Below, piece by piece: positions 43,655 to 53,202 of a stretch of DNA of 56,191 bases (positions within the stretch are counted from its first letter, which is position 1; each line of letters starts with the position of its first letter). Origin of the DNA: a virus (lineage: Duplodnaviria > Caudoviricetes); IMG/VR virus record IMGVR_UViG_3300027987_000011, positions 1-56,191 of that record. One strand, given 5' to 3'. Made by a program: the position numbers and the translations under genes. Below the pieces are notes generated by a model. That model had not been told where the DNA came from, did no database searches, and saw only the letters and a list, made by a program, of their open reading frames with translations.

Positions 43655-44706
43655 CAGGCAGAGTGGTTATAGACGATCTCGGCGGCATCGGCGTTCGCTG
43701 CCGTCCACGCCGCTGCGGTGTCGGGGTCCGTCTCTTCGATGGGACCCAAGAACGGGTGGTACTGGCCTGAGACGACGCCCTGTGTCCCGCTCAGGCTTTC
43801 GGTCGGGGTGCCGCTCGGATCTGACCGGATGCCGACCTTCAGCTTCTCCGTGCCCTGCGTGCTCGTCTTTGCGGTCGCCATCGCCTGGATCGCGAGAGGC
43901 GCTTCGGAGCCCACGGACTTCGAGGTCGTGAGACGGTCGAAGTTGCCGGTCGAGGTCGAGTAGTTGTACGACGTGTCGCCGTCGTGCCCGATCTCGTCCA
44001 CCTGCGACTGGTTCGTGCTCGCGAGCGGCGTGAAGTTCGCCGTACCGCCCGCAGAGTCGGCCTGCTGGTAGACGATCCGCATGGGACCGTGGAAGGTGGC
44101 CGTATCGACGTAGATGTCCGCGAGAAGCTGGTCGGTGTTCCAGTCGTACTCCAGCGTGTTCTGCATGAAGTAGAGGCCCGTGCAGGGACCCGCGTTCAAC
44201 TGGGTATCCACGTTCGTCGCGGAGGCCACAGTGACCCCGTTGTGCCTGATCTCGACGGAGCCGGTCGTGTCGTGGAACACGACCTTGATTTCGATGTAGT
44301 GCCACCGATCTTCGGTCAGCCCGTCCGTCCACGCGAGGTCGTAGGTTGCGGGCTCGTATCCGTCGCCTCGGGTGACTGCGATGCGGTTGTCGCGACGCCT
44401 GACGACGCCGAGGATCAGGTCGCCCGCTCCGTTGAAGAAGCTGAAGAGGTGTCCGTTCTGCGTGCCCGTGAACTGGACCCTGAACCCGACCACGAGCGTC
44501 GAGTGCGAGCCCCCCAGGTCCAGCATCGCGTTGTCGCCTGTGCTTCCAGACCAGTAGTTCCGGGTACCCACGGAATCGGACTGGAGCGAGGTGAGCGTGG
44601 TGGACGCACCGGGGCTCACCCAACGGGCGTACATCATGTCGCCACCCGTGGAGGAGTGAGCACCCGTGCCGTACCCGCCGAACCCTTCGATGACCAGTAG
44701 ACTCAT
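43654..44706 (-). CDS. LamG/ConA-like minor tail protein, paralog 1
   Basis: MSLLVIEGF start, WHYIEIK and ETDPDTAAAW motifs. Confidence 0.75.
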   Translation of the reverse strand: MSLLVIEGFGGYGTGAHSSTGGDMMYARWVSPGASTTLTSLQSDSVGTRNYWSGSTGDNAMLDLGGSHSTLVVGFRVQFTGTQNGHLFSFFNGAGDLILGVVRRRDNRIAVTRGDGYEPATYDLAWTDGLTEDRWHYIEIKVVFHDTTGSVEIRHNGVTVASATNVDTQLNAGPCTGLYFMQNTLEYDWNTDQLLADIYVDTATFHGPMRIVYQQADSAGGTANFTPLASTNQSQVDEIGHDGDTSYNYSTSTGNFDRLTTSKSVGSEAPLAIQAMATAKTSTQGTEKLKVGIRSDPSGTPTESLSGTQGVVSGQYHPFLGPIEETDPDTAAAWTAANADAAEIVYNHSA

Positions 44707-47700
44707 CGTCCCAGCAGTGCCCTCCGATTCTTCGAGACGACCTTCAGGATCAGGCGCTCGCCAGCCGGTGTGTCCAGTTGGTCGAGCACCAGACCATCTT
44801 GCAGTCCGACAGTCAACTCGCCACGGAAGTCTTTCCCGCTCTCGGGCTGCTCGGTGCCGATGAGGCCACCGGAGGCGAACCGGCGCAGGTTGGCGATCTC
44901 TCTCGGGAGCGCCCCGGAGTTCAGGGCGTGGAGGAAGTTCGCGCCGTACTTGTCCACGGCAGCGGCACGCACGATGTACTCGCCCGTCGAGACACGGGCC
45001 AACATGCTGTCAGAGGTTCCGCTGCCGGGACCCGACAGGAGCCCGCCCCCTGCCGCCCGGACGATGCCCCTTCCCGTGATGAGCCCGCCCTGCGCACCGA
45101 AGCCGACGAGGCCCGGAGGCGGGGGCAGGCTCAGGGCGCGGAAGCTCGAAATGATAATCTGGGCTGCGATCATCTGAGAGATCAGCCTGATGATGTCCGC
45201 GAGGAGCGCGCCCGCGAGGTTGCGGAGCGAGTCCATGTCACCGCCCAGCAGCTTCAGCGTGTCCCCGAAGTTCTCCGCTTCGATGGCTGCGTTCGCGAAG
45301 AACTCGCCCAGGTTGTTCGCCGCGATCTGTCCCACCTGCTGGCCGAACTCGACCCACTGATTCCCGATGGAGCGGATCTGGTTTTCAAGCTCGGCAAGCT
45401 GGGCCTCCATCTGCTGCACGGCAGCGACCAGCCGGGGGTCCCCGACCAGTTCGGCGTAGGTCCGCAGCAGCGGGATGATGCTCCGCAGGATACGGGCCTG
45501 CTCCTCATACGCAGCCTTCAACTCCTGGCGAGCCTGGGCCTTCGAGATGTTACCGAACTCCAGCCGCGATTCGATGTCCCGCACGCGAGCCCGGAGCCGC
45601 TGTTCGCCCTGGGAGATGACTTCCTCCAACTCCGCGAACGTGCCGCGCCACTCTGTGAGGTCGATGATCTTCTCGGCGTTCGCGATCTCCTCTCGGCCAA
45701 GCTCGCCCAGCGCCAGTAGGGAGTCGCGGATGGCGTCGAGGTCGCGCTGCATCCGCAGCCTCGTCGCCTCCACGCTGTCGCCCTGTAGTTCGAGCACCTG
45801 GGCCTGACGGTTCACCTGATCCTTCAGCAGATCGTCGGACGCCTGGGCTCGCTGCACTTCGATCTGCCACAGCTTGATCCGTCGCTGCGACTCGGCCTCC
45901 AGCGCCTTCGTCCTGAACCCTTCAGCCTTTTCGATGTCGAATGAGTCGTACAGGGCCGCGATCTCGCGGAAGATGCGGGCCTGCTCGGTCAGGTTGGTGA
46001 CATGGAGGTCGGTGATCTCGTCGTAGTACTGGACGATGTTGATGACGTTCGTGTCGAGGCGGTGCTTGATCTCGGCCTCGGCTTCCTTCAGGTCGTTCTT
46101 CATCCGGGCGATCTGCTCTTCCAGCACCTTCGCCTGGGCCTTCAGCTTCTCCTCTTCGTCACCCGTGTCCACAGGTTCCACGTTGATGACGCCCTGGGCC
46201 AGAGCCGCCCGGATCAACTCCAGCGACTCCTCGAAGCGCGCACGCTGCGCCGGGATCGCCTCCAGCGCACGTTCGAGTTCGATGATCTCGTCGGTGAGCT
46301 TCGAGGGCGTGCCCCGCACGAATGGCTCTGCGGGAAGATTCTCGCCACGGAACGCACGGTTCGACTCGCGCTCCCGCACCTGTCGAGCGAGGTCGGCTTC
46401 CACTTCGGCCCTCGCCGCCGTGAGCCGCGCTTCCGTCTGCTGCTTGTAGAGGTCGAGTAGGGTGATCTGACCCTGGATGTCCTGCGCCCGTGTCCGCAGG
46501 AGAGCCTTCACGGACTCCTCCAGATCGCCGTTCGCTTCCGTCGCCTCTTCGATGGCGCGGGTGTACTGCGGGCTGATCCGCGTCAGCCGTTGCAGCAGTG
46601 CCTCCATCTGGGCGTTTGCGTCAGCCAGATCCTCCGAAGCGACCTGCCCGTCCGCGATAGCCTGCTTCAGTTCGATGTACTCGCGGGTGAGACGCAGGAC
46701 TTCCTGGGCCTCGTCTGCGGTCGCCTCGCGAAGCTCTACCTCCGTCTCCCAGAGCCGCGTCATGTTCACCACGGCTTCCGCTGTGGACGTGCTCATCCGG
46801 TCAATCAGGGAGGTGATCGTCACGATGCCAGCCGCCGCCGTCGCGATGCCCGCTGCGACCGGCCCTACGACCGCACCGATGATGGCGAGCACGCCCGCAG
46901 CACCAGCGATGGTGGCGAGTGCGCTCAGTCCGGGGCTTCGGGCGATCCTGCGGAAGATGTCCCCGATGGTTTCGGCGTGCTGCTGGATCACGCCCATTTC
47001 GATGCTCCACTTCACCACGCCGCCGACAAGTTGGTTCGAGGCGCGGATCATCTCCCCGAACCCGCTAATCATGCTGCCGATGCCCTCGACCGTCGCGTTG
47101 ATCGTGGCCTCGTTGTCGATCAGCCAGCGGTTCAGGTCGGCAGCGTTGTCCACGGCACGTTCGATCAGCCCAGCCAGCGAGTTGCCGATGCCTCCGAACA
47201 CGTTCTGGAGTTGTCGGATGATCTGGGCGAACTCGTCGCTGATCTCGGCGGTGTCGAAGTCGAAGATCCGGCTCAGTTGGATCAGCCCCCGACCACGCAG
47301 TTCCTCGAAGAGCGGCAGCGTCGCCTCGCCCGCCAGAAGCTCGAACGCTTCCTTCACGTTCGACCGCAGCGCGGCCCAGGTGTTCACGATCCGCTCGCCC
47401 GCGACACCGAACGCCTCGAAGCGGTCCAAGAGGAACTGGGCAAGTTGGCCCTGCTCCTTCATCAGCTTGACCTCTTCGTTCCTGATGCCCAGCGCCTTCG
47501 CGATCCGGGTGTTCTGGTCGATGGTGCCCGACAGCAGCGACCGGATCTCCTCGTTCAACTGCCGGTACGGGACACCCAGCGCACCCGCAGCCTGAGCGAT
47601 GCGGATGGTGACTTGCCGGATCTCGTCGAGGGTCAGCCCGGACGCGATCCCCGCGCCGGTCGCCTGCTGGAACGCATCAACGAGTTCCTGGGTGGTCGCC

Positions 47701-48134
47701 GCCGTCTGGATGCCCGCGATGCGGAGCTTACGGATCTGGTCTGTGGCAAGCTGGTACGCACCGTCCAGCTTCTCGACGCCCTGGAGGTGACGCCCGTTCG
47801 CGTCGGTGAGTTCGGCCTGAGCGGAGATGAGCGACGCAATGCCCAGTCGCGCCGTTTCGATTGTCTCGTTGTACTCAATGCCGGTGTCCACGGCGGTGCG
47901 CATGGCACCCGTGATCGCACGGAAGCTGCGGACGATCCCGATGTAGGCGGCGGTGCGGAGCGCGATGTTCCTGAACGACGTGCCAAGTTCGGTGCCAGCG
48001 CGGGAGGTGCGCTTCGCCTGCTGCTCGACGCCACCCAGGCTACGACCCAGGAGACGCAGGGAATCAGCGATGGCTTGGATGCCCGTCTGGGTGACGGCAA
48101 CCTCGAACTCGCTGCGCCCGCCGACTGGACTCAT
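44703..48134 (-). CDS. Tail tape measure protein (1143 aa)
   Basis: Long helical A/E/L-rich ORF after the tail chaperone. C-terminal GPGSGTSDSMLARVSTGEYIV motif. Confidence 0.9.
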   Translation of the reverse strand: MSPVGGRSEFEVAVTQTGIQAIADSLRLLGRSLGGVEQQAKRTSRAGTELGTSFRNIALRTAAYIGIVRSFRAITGAMRTAVDTGIEYNETIETARLGIASLISAQAELTDANGRHLQGVEKLDGAYQLATDQIRKLRIAGIQTAATTQELVDAFQQATGAGIASGLTLDEIRQVTIRIAQAAGALGVPYRQLNEEIRSLLSGTIDQNTRIAKALGIRNEEVKLMKEQGQLAQFLLDRFEAFGVAGERIVNTWAALRSNVKEAFELLAGEATLPLFEELRGRGLIQLSRIFDFDTAEISDEFAQIIRQLQNVFGGIGNSLAGLIERAVDNAADLNRWLIDNEATINATVEGIGSMISGFGEMIRASNQLVGGVVKWSIEMGVIQQHAETIGDIFRRIARSPGLSALATIAGAAGVLAIIGAVVGPVAAGIATAAAGIVTITSLIDRMSTSTAEAVVNMTRLWETEVELREATADEAQEVLRLTREYIELKQAIADGQVASEDLADANAQMEALLQRLTRISPQYTRAIEEATEANGDLEESVKALLRTRAQDIQGQITLLDLYKQQTEARLTAARAEVEADLARQVRERESNRAFRGENLPAEPFVRGTPSKLTDEIIELERALEAIPAQRARFEESLELIRAALAQGVINVEPVDTGDEEEKLKAQAKVLEEQIARMKNDLKEAEAEIKHRLDTNVINIVQYYDEITDLHVTNLTEQARIFREIAALYDSFDIEKAEGFRTKALEAESQRRIKLWQIEVQRAQASDDLLKDQVNRQAQVLELQGDSVEATRLRMQRDLDAIRDSLLALGELGREEIANAEKIIDLTEWRGTFAELEEVISQGEQRLRARVRDIESRLEFGNISKAQARQELKAAYEEQARILRSIIPLLRTYAELVGDPRLVAAVQQMEAQLAELENQIRSIGNQWVEFGQQVGQIAANNLGEFFANAAIEAENFGDTLKLLGGDMDSLRNLAGALLADIIRLISQMIAAQIIISSFRALSLPPPPGLVGFGAQGGLITGRGIVRAAGGGLLSGPGSGTSDSMLARVSTGEYIVRAAAVDKYGANFLHALNSGALPREIANLRRFASGGLIGTEQPESGKDFRGELTVGLQDGLVLDQLDTPAGERLILKVVSKNRRALLGR

Positions 48135-48461
48135 CTAGTGTCTCCTCAGTATCGACGGGAGCTTCGGTGCCTTCTTCAGACCTCCCGCCACGTACATCTG
48201 CTGCTCATGCCTGAACTGCTCCAGCGCACGTTCTCGCGCTCGTTGTACGAAGGCGTCCAGCCCATCCCTGACTCGAACCTTCCTGGCGACCTCATCGTAG
48301 AGAGTCGGGTCCCACCCAGCGAGTTCCTGAATGACTACTCGGAAGTCGCCAAGGCGCTGTCCTGATCGGACCCGATCCCGTCGCGGATCTGTGCGGCGAC
48401 CATCACCAGATCCGAAGACTTCAGGGAAGTCAGCATAGATTCGAGCCCGTTCAGAAAAAAA
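48135..48461 (-). CDS. Tail assembly chaperone, -1 frameshift extension (gpT-like)
   Basis: Open -1 frame from the T7 run (48455-48461) to the stop at 48135, abutting the tape measure start. Confidence 0.75.
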   Translation of the reverse strand, partial: FFSERARIYADFPEVFGSGDGRRTDPRRDRVRSGQRLGDFRVVIQELAGWDPTLYDEVARKVRVRDGLDAFVQRARERALEQFRHEQQMYVAGGLKKAPKLPSILRRH

Positions 48462-48859
48462 GCGACGACCGTCTGCCCCAGTAGCACGTTCGCGGTTTCG
48501 ATGTCGGGGCGACCCTTCATCTTGCCCAGGAACGCCTTCGTCTCCTCCGCTACCTCGTAGCTCCACTCCTCGCCCCTCGGGGTGAGCACACCTGCCAGCA
48601 CGTCGAGGTGTGCGCGCTCCCGATAGGCCCTGCTGATGATGGCTTCGGTGAGGCTCTTGGCCTGATCCTCGGTGAGCGGCTGTTCCTTCTCCAACGCCTG
48701 CTGCACGACGGGACTCATCCGTTCGATGAGTTCGTGCCCCAGGCCAGCCTTGTCCGCTGCCTGCTGAATCCACGCAAACTGATCGAACGTCATGTCGTCG
48801 GTTTCTGCTGCGACGAACACCCGTCCCCCTAGCGTGACCGTCTTCTGCGTGTCGCTCAT
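48335..48859 (-). CDS. Tail assembly chaperone (gpG-like)
   Basis: Between major tail and tape measure genes. GCT TTT TTT CTG slippery site. Confidence 0.8.
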   Translation of the reverse strand: MSDTQKTVTLGGRVFVAAETDDMTFDQFAWIQQAADKAGLGHELIERMSPVVQQALEKEQPLTEDQAKSLTEAIISRAYRERAHLDVLAGVLTPRGEEWSYEVAEETKAFLGKMKGRPDIETANVLLGQTVVAFFLNGLESMLTSLKSSDLVMVAAQIRDGIGSDQDSALATSE

Positions 48860-48877
48860 GCTGCTGTGTCTCCCCTA

Positions 48878-48920
48878 GAAGAAGAAAGTGCCCCGGTAAG
48901 GAGGGTCCTCACCGGGGCAC
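48878..48920 (-). terminator. Intrinsic terminator after the major tail gene
   Basis: GTGCCCCGGT/ACCGGGGCAC stem followed by TTTCTTCTT on the minus strand. Confidence 0.75.
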
Positions 48921-48957
48921 CGGCTCATGGTTCCCTCAGTCCGTCAGACCACCGTCA

Positions 48958-49737
48958 TCAGCGGTAGTCGGCCCGGTCCACCGCGAGGAAGTACGGCTCG
49001 TTCGGGTGGTTCACGGTGTCGTCGAGGATTTCGCAGTTGAGGGTCCATTCGAGGAAGTCGTCCCCGATCAGGTCCAGCCCTCCCTGCGGTTCGATGGACA
49101 CACGCCACACCTGCACGTCCATCGCGGGACCCGCTGCGGGGTCCCCGATGAAGACGATGGTGCCGTAGATGTCCCCCGTGTCTCCACCACGGATCGTCGT
49201 CTTCGTGTCGGCAGAGTAGGTGTAGTCGATGTCCACCTGCACCCCGTCCGTCCAGATCGCCCCGCCTTCGAGGATGTGGATGAGGCCCAGTTCGGTGTCG
49301 ATGACCTCGTAGTCATCGGCCAGCACCAGCGTCTTCGTGCCCTGCGTGATCGTGATGGCGCTGATGTTCCTGAACGCCGTCTGGTAGTACGCGCCCGCGA
49401 CTGCCTGAGCGCCGGTTGCCAGTATCTCTCCGGTCACGGACGAGGCACCCTGCGCGAGTGCGCTGAGAGAGCCCATCGTGACCATCGCGGCGTTCTGCGG
49501 GTTGAACTCCTGGCCGATGATGTTCAGGCGACCCGTCCGCTTCGACGTGACCTTCCGGTACGTGCCCTGCGAGGATGTCATGCGGTTGATGACCTCCCGC
49601 TTCTCATCCTCGAACTCGATGCGGAACTGGGTGCAGTTGCCCAGATGCACGAGGCCCTTGTCCACGTCTTCGCGATTGAAGTAGACGGCCCCGGCTCCAA
49701 GCAGGAGATTGGTGTTGTCCGGTGCAAGTGGTGACAT
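48958..49737 (-). CDS. Major tail (tube) protein
   Basis: LGAGAVYF...HLGNC, DYEV...GLIHIL and LIGDDF motifs, plus synteny. Confidence 0.85.
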   Translation of the reverse strand: MSPLAPDNTNLLLGAGAVYFNREDVDKGLVHLGNCTQFRIEFEDEKREVINRMTSSQGTYRKVTSKRTGRLNIIGQEFNPQNAAMVTMGSLSALAQGASSVTGEILATGAQAVAGAYYQTAFRNISAITITQGTKTLVLADDYEVIDTELGLIHILEGGAIWTDGVQVDIDYTYSADTKTTIRGGDTGDIYGTIVFIGDPAAGPAMDVQVWRVSIEPQGGLDLIGDDFLEWTLNCEILDDTVNHPNEPYFLAVDRADYR

Positions 49738-49765
49738 GAATCAGTCCCTCGTGTCGGTTGGGGTG

Positions 49766-50032
49766 TTACTGGTCGGGCGTCTCGTCCGCGCCCTCGTTGG
49801 GTGACTCGCTGGCGCTCTCCTCGACGGGAGCCGCGACCTCTTCCTCGCCCTGCTTGCGGGAGCGGCGTGACGACTTCCGCTCCTCGCTGTACGGCTCTGC
49901 GATGCCCCTCTGGAGCAGGAAAGCCGCCTGTCGGGGCCAGACCTCCAGAATGTCGCCCTCTTCCACCAGTCGATCTCGGTGGGTGTGACCCTGGGGATTC
50001 GTGACCCGCACCTTCACCATGTCCATGCTCAA
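49766..50032 (-). CDS. Small virion-associated hypothetical protein
   Basis: HTH...EGDILEV....AAFL motif with an acidic tail. Confidence 0.6.
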   Translation of the reverse strand: MSMDMVKVRVTNPQGHTHRDRLVEEGDILEVWPRQAAFLLQRGIAEPYSEERKSSRRSRKQGEEEVAAPVEESASESPNEGADETPDQ

Positions 50033-50520
50033 CTCCTCACCTCGGGGTTGTCCGTGCGCGTGTGGAAGGCGACATCCAGAATCATCTCCCGCACCGCGAT
50101 GACCTCACTCGACTCGTCGAAGCTCGTGTAGAAGTCTTCCTGGCCTTCCTCGCTGATCCAGTGAGCCAGCCCACCCAACGTCGGCTCACTCTGTAACGCC
50201 TGGACGAGCCAGACATAGGGCGGATCGACAGCCTCGGAGTTGGGCACGTCGTTCGCGTTCGCCGTGATCGTCACCAACACCTGCATGGTGCGGTTCAGCA
50301 TCGGTGACTTGTAGTGGTCCCGCTGGGTTTCCTTCTGACCGCCCATGTGGACGACAATCAGGGGACCCTGGTAGACCTGACGAGGCGTGATCTTCCCGAT
50401 GCGCTCCCGATCCACCGTGAGGTTCGCTGGCGGGAAGACTTCGACCCCGTTCACGAACACACTGGATGCCTCCAGCCGCGCCTTCACGGCTGCGAGGATC
50501 TGGAGTGCGATGGAAGCCAT
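50029..50520 (-). CDS. Tail terminator-like protein
   Basis: QILAAVKARL and PTLGGLA motifs, plus position before the major tail gene. Confidence 0.65.
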   Translation of the reverse strand: MASIALQILAAVKARLEASSVFVNGVEVFPPANLTVDRERIGKITPRQVYQGPLIVVHMGGQKETQRDHYKSPMLNRTMQVLVTITANANDVPNSEAVDPPYVWLVQALQSEPTLGGLAHWISEEGQEDFYTSFDESSEVIAVREMILDVAFHTRTDNPEVRS

Positions 50521-50825
50521 CAGGTTCTCACGCTCGTCTTCAGTGCTATGTAAATGGTGCCCGCATCCCCCGGAGTCATCCACTCACCCACGAGGTAGTC
50601 GTCACCGTCAACCGTGATGAGGGTGCCTTCCTCCAAGTTCGGGAACACCCTCGGGTCCCCGACTAGGATCTTCGCGATCCCCTGCACGCTCCCCTGGATC
50701 GCGAAGATGTCTTCGTTCGTCGGGTTCTCGACGTGGAAGTAACCTTGCTGCCCACGGTACTCGACCAGACAGCCTCCGGTACCCTGGAGGATCTGCTGGA
50801 CGGTCGTTGCAGGGAACCACTCCAC
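50520..50825 (-). CDS. Head-tail joining protein (gpFII-like)
   Basis: GTLITVDGDDYLV...DAG motif, plus synteny. Confidence 0.65.
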   Translation of the reverse strand: MEWFPATTVQQILQGTGGCLVEYRGQQGYFHVENPTNEDIFAIQGSVQGIAKILVGDPRVFPNLEEGTLITVDGDDYLVGEWMTPGDAGTIYIALKTSVRT

Positions 50826-50826
50826 G

Positions 50827-51123
50827 TCAGCCTCCCAGGTACTTCAGGATGGCGTCTGCGGACTTCGGCCCGATGCCCTTCAGGGACGTGAGGTCTTCGA
50901 CTGCGCGGATCGCGTCCAGCGAATCGAAGCCCAGCCCATCGAACACAGACCTGTATGGCAGGTCGTCGGGGAGCCCAGCCATCTCGACTGGAACCGGATG
51001 CACCAACTCGACCGCCCCACCCCTCACGCGCATCTCGGCCACCTCGGGGGGAAGCTCGAACTCCTCCCCGATCATGTACCACCGACTCCCATGCTTCACC
51101 GTTTGCTTCGCTCGAACTCTCAT
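50827..51123 (-). CDS. Post-capsid small protein with C-terminal HhH (gpFI position)
   Basis: VKHG..Y..GEEFEL N-domain and LKGIGPKSA HhH. Confidence 0.75.
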   Translation of the reverse strand: MRVRAKQTVKHGSRWYMIGEEFELPPEVAEMRVRGGAVELVHPVPVEMAGLPDDLPYRSVFDGLGFDSLDAIRAVEDLTSLKGIGPKSADAILKYLGG

Positions 51124-51146
51124 CGCTCTCTCCGTGTTGAAGATCA

Positions 51147-51192
51147 GGCTGGGTACTGGGGGCCTCCATCCGAAGTACCCCCAGCACCAGCC
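51147..51192 (-). terminator. Stem-loop downstream of the major capsid gene
   Basis: GGCTGG GTA CTGGGGG ... CCCCCAG CAC CAGCC imperfect inverted repeat with a weak U tract. Confidence 0.4.
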
Positions 51193-51247
51193 CCCAGAGC
51201 AGCGGGCTAGGAACCGCTACCTGGGCACGCCCCCCCAGGGCGAGAGA

Positions 51248-52279
51248 TCAGCCGTTCAGCACGTCGATGCTGAGAGACGAGTTCGGGCGGTAGGGCACCA
51301 CCAGCGGGGCGCTCTGCATGAGCAGGAGACGCCTCGAAGGATCTTCCTCCGTCCACGACTTGGCGAAGAGGCGCTGCGCCCTGTGCTGGGCAGCGTAATC
51401 CTTCACCATGCCGTAGTGACGGACGCCCTCCAGATCGGCCCCGTTCACCATCACGACGGTACCGGACGGCATCATGTTGCCCGCCGCACCCGCGTCGTCG
51501 ATGTAGGTGTCGGAGTAGACGTAGATGTTGAAGTCTCCGATCTGACCGGGGTTGCGAACTCGCCGCGAAGCGAGCGGCCCCGTCTCGGCACGCGACTCCG
51601 AACCACGTCGCGTTTCGAGGATCGCGGCCACGTCGGCGTGGGCACGGAAGTTCTGCCACACGTCGGTCGCCATGATGACATCTGTGGCGACGCCGCCCCC
51701 GTTGCTCTGGATCAGCCCCGCCCACGTCTCCAGATCCGTCAGCGGAGTCGAGGTGGTGGCCGACCAGAGTGCGGTGCCCGTGAGGTCCGCAGGCGTCAGC
51801 GCGGCGGCACGACCGAAGTCCACCACGATGTCGTCGAAGCCCTCACCGGAGATCGTGACCTTCCCCGTCCGCAGCACCTCGGACGCCATGACCTCTTCGC
51901 GTCGGGTGAGCATCCGGTTCTGGTTCCGCAGCGCGTTCGCGAGGAGACGCTGCGTGCGCTCTGCCGCCGACAGGGAACCCATCGGCTGCTCGCCGGGAAC
52001 CCGCTTCACCGGAGCGTCCGGGTCGAACAGACGCTTGTCCTTGATGTAGGCGGGCTTCAGCGTGTTGGTCGTGTACCCTTCGTGCTCGACGATGCGTCCA
52101 GCCTTCAGGGGCGACACGAAGGGACTGATGCGGGGCTGCTCGTCCGTCACGTCGAAGTGGATCTCTTCCGATTCCTCGGTGATCTCCGCTCCGAAATAGC
52201 GGGTGAGAAAGAAGGCGGCTGGGTCGACCTCCAAGGCCCCGACGACCCTTGTCAGCACGCCAGTGGTGTAGATGTCCAC
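51248..52279 (-). CDS. Major capsid protein, lambda gpE family
   Basis: ISPFVSP, KPAYIKDK, RREEVMA, VDFGR and EDPS..LLMQSAPL motifs. Confidence 0.95.
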   Translation of the reverse strand: MDIYTTGVLTRVVGALEVDPAAFFLTRYFGAEITEESEEIHFDVTDEQPRISPFVSPLKAGRIVEHEGYTTNTLKPAYIKDKRLFDPDAPVKRVPGEQPMGSLSAAERTQRLLANALRNQNRMLTRREEVMASEVLRTGKVTISGEGFDDIVVDFGRAAALTPADLTGTALWSATTSTPLTDLETWAGLIQSNGGGVATDVIMATDVWQNFRAHADVAAILETRRGSESRAETGPLASRRVRNPGQIGDFNIYVYSDTYIDDAGAAGNMMPSGTVVMVNGADLEGVRHYGMVKDYAAQHRAQRLFAKSWTEEDPSRRLLLMQSAPLVVPYRPNSSLSIDVLNG

Positions 52280-52333
52280 GATTCAGGTTCTCCAGTGGCT
52301 CAGGTTCACGCTTTCGCGATCAGGTGAGCCCGC

Positions 52334-52714
52334 TTAGGCGGGCGTCGCCGTGACCGGATCGACGAGGTAGATGTTGAAGTCCCAGAGGCCCTGCTTGATG
52401 CTCGCGACCGTGTGGCCTGCGCCCAGGGTGATCTGGTCTTGGTTGAACTCGCCCTCGACGTAGGCGTGCATCGCCTTGTCGCCCGCCGTGGCGTCTTTGT
52501 CTTCCGCTGCGATGGCACGGACGACCTGCGACCCGTCCGTCGCGGCTGCGAGGCTCGCGCTGAACTTGCCGCTCGCCGTGATCTCGCCCAGAGCCTCCCC
52601 CCGAACGACGTTCTCGCCGCTCAGAAGGATGATGGGGACGGCCTTCGCAGGCGGCTTTCCGCCCGCGATCAGGTTGTCCGGGGTCTGGGAGGTGCTGCTG
52701 AAGCTCGCATCCAT
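52334..52714 (-). CDS. Head decoration protein (gpD-like)
   Basis: PDNLIAG, RGEALG, DGSQ..AI and GEFN motifs. Between protease and capsid. Confidence 0.9.
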   Translation of the reverse strand: MDASFSSTSQTPDNLIAGGKPPAKAVPIILLSGENVVRGEALGEITASGKFSASLAAATDGSQVVRAIAAEDKDATAGDKAMHAYVEGEFNQDQITLGAGHTVASIKQGLWDFNIYLVDPVTATPA

Positions 52715-52773
52715 GTCCCGTTCTCCTCAGTGAATGGGCTCGTGTCGAAGTGTGATGCTCGCGTGGTGTGGGC

Positions 52774-53202
52774 TCAGACTTCGAGCGCCACCACCTCGCT
52801 GTCCTGCGCGGTCGGCATCCACTTCAGGATGGATGCGGCCAACTGATCCTCCGTCCCGATCTCCTCGGTCGGGAGGGTCGCACCGGGGAGGGCCGCAAGC
52901 TCGCCCTCGTCGGCGGCGAGCGAATCCTTCACGGCCTGCTTGCGACGCGACTCCTGCTCGCCCTTCGCGGACAGGATCGCCTGAGCGGCGGTTCCTGCGG
53001 TCGCGGAGGGATCGCCCATCTTCTCACGCTTCAGGTCGTCGAACCCGTGAGCGTCGAGGTCGTGGATCGCCAAGATCCGCGTGCGCTCGGACTCCGCACC
53101 CTCGGCTCTGATCGCCTTGACCAGATCCGGGTGGTTCGACGCCAGGAAGTCGCGGTCGATGACGGGGGCCTGAGCCTCGACCTTCTGCTCGCCTTCCTTC
53201 AT
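52774..53202 (-). CDS. Embedded in-frame scaffolding protein (Nu3-like)
   Basis: Internal AGGAG-N7-ATG at 53202, in frame, preceding ...AESERTRILAI. Confidence 0.6.
   Translation of the reverse strand: MKEGEQKVEAQAPVIDRDFLASNHPDLVKAIRAEGAESERTRILAIHDLDAHGFDDLKREKMGDPSATAGTAAQAILSAKGEQESRRKQAVKDSLAADEGELAALPGATLPTEEIGTEDQLAASILKWMPTAQDSEVVALEV

Noticed and set aside
41493-44706. Diversity-generating retroelement or invertible tail cassette behind the paralogs
   Set aside because: No reverse transcriptase or invertase motifs, no near-identical TR/VR pair with A-specific mismatches seen, and all copies are co-oriented.
51153-51178. GTAC...GTAC pair after the capsid gene
   Set aside because: The spacing is 18 rather than 14 and the CGG is missing. 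It is part of a hairpin.
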